DNA of 64,000 nucleotides from Lama glama (Eukaryota). The stretch covers positions 81,780,001 to 81,844,000 of the forward strand of contig CM052816.1 in assembly GCA_028534125.1 (NCBI GenBank), in the 5' to 3' direction. The notes beneath the pieces were generated by a model that was given only the letters and a program-made list of their open reading frames with translations, made no database searches and was not told where the DNA came from. Shown here in pieces: positions 63,800 to 64,000 of the stretch (its first letter is position 1; each line of letters starts with the position of its first letter). Position numbers and translations under genes: made by a program.

Positions 63800-64000
63800 G
63801 GCTTTAGGCTCCAAAGCCCCAAGTTTGAATCCTCCATGACTCTCAGCTCTGACAGAAGACAGTGCTACTTGACTCCTCTCTGCCCTCATTTGTCATATTG
63901 AGGCAACAACAGCACCAATCTTGAAGGGCTGTTGCATTGATTAAATGAAATCCTGTAAATAAAGCTCATGGTACTATGCCCTTAACAAACTGTAGCCATT
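63800..64000 (+). mobile_element. MIR SINE
   Basis: 'aagtttgaatcct...tacttgactcctctctgccctcattt...agggctgttgcattgattaaatga'. Confidence 0.7.

Noticed and set aside
1..64000. CRISPR arrays, operons, or non-retroviral endogenous viral elements
   Set aside because: This is mammalian repeat-rich DNA with no regularly spaced repeats or viral protein motifs visible; only a translated search could exclude highly decayed elements.

Overview
Mammalian non-coding DNA (intronic or intergenic), most likely a camelid. The evidence is a tRNA-Ala-derived Vic-1-type SINE, young cetartiodactyl-type L1 3' ends, and no recognisable Alu, Bov-tA/BovB, PRE-1 or Can-SINE. I can support no protein-coding gene or RNA gene. 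The ORF track is explained by chance ORFs, repeat remnants and N-gaps. Much of the window is interspersed repeat: young and old L1, L2, MIR, MaLR/ERVL/ERV1 LTRs and hAT-type MITEs. Three gaps of exactly 500 N split it into four contigs. The points most worth a second look are a strong + strand bias of LTRs (hinting at a host gene on the - strand), a well-formed 32-nt - strand exon candidate, a 5'-inverted L1 with a large internal deletion, a two-LTR ancient MaLR provirus, an isolated L1 5' promoter fragment, nested insertions with readable TSDs, and several candidate enhancer or CTCF sites. I did not find evidence of a new biological system. Repeat names come from recalled consensus sequences, not a search, and boundaries of old repeats are approximate.
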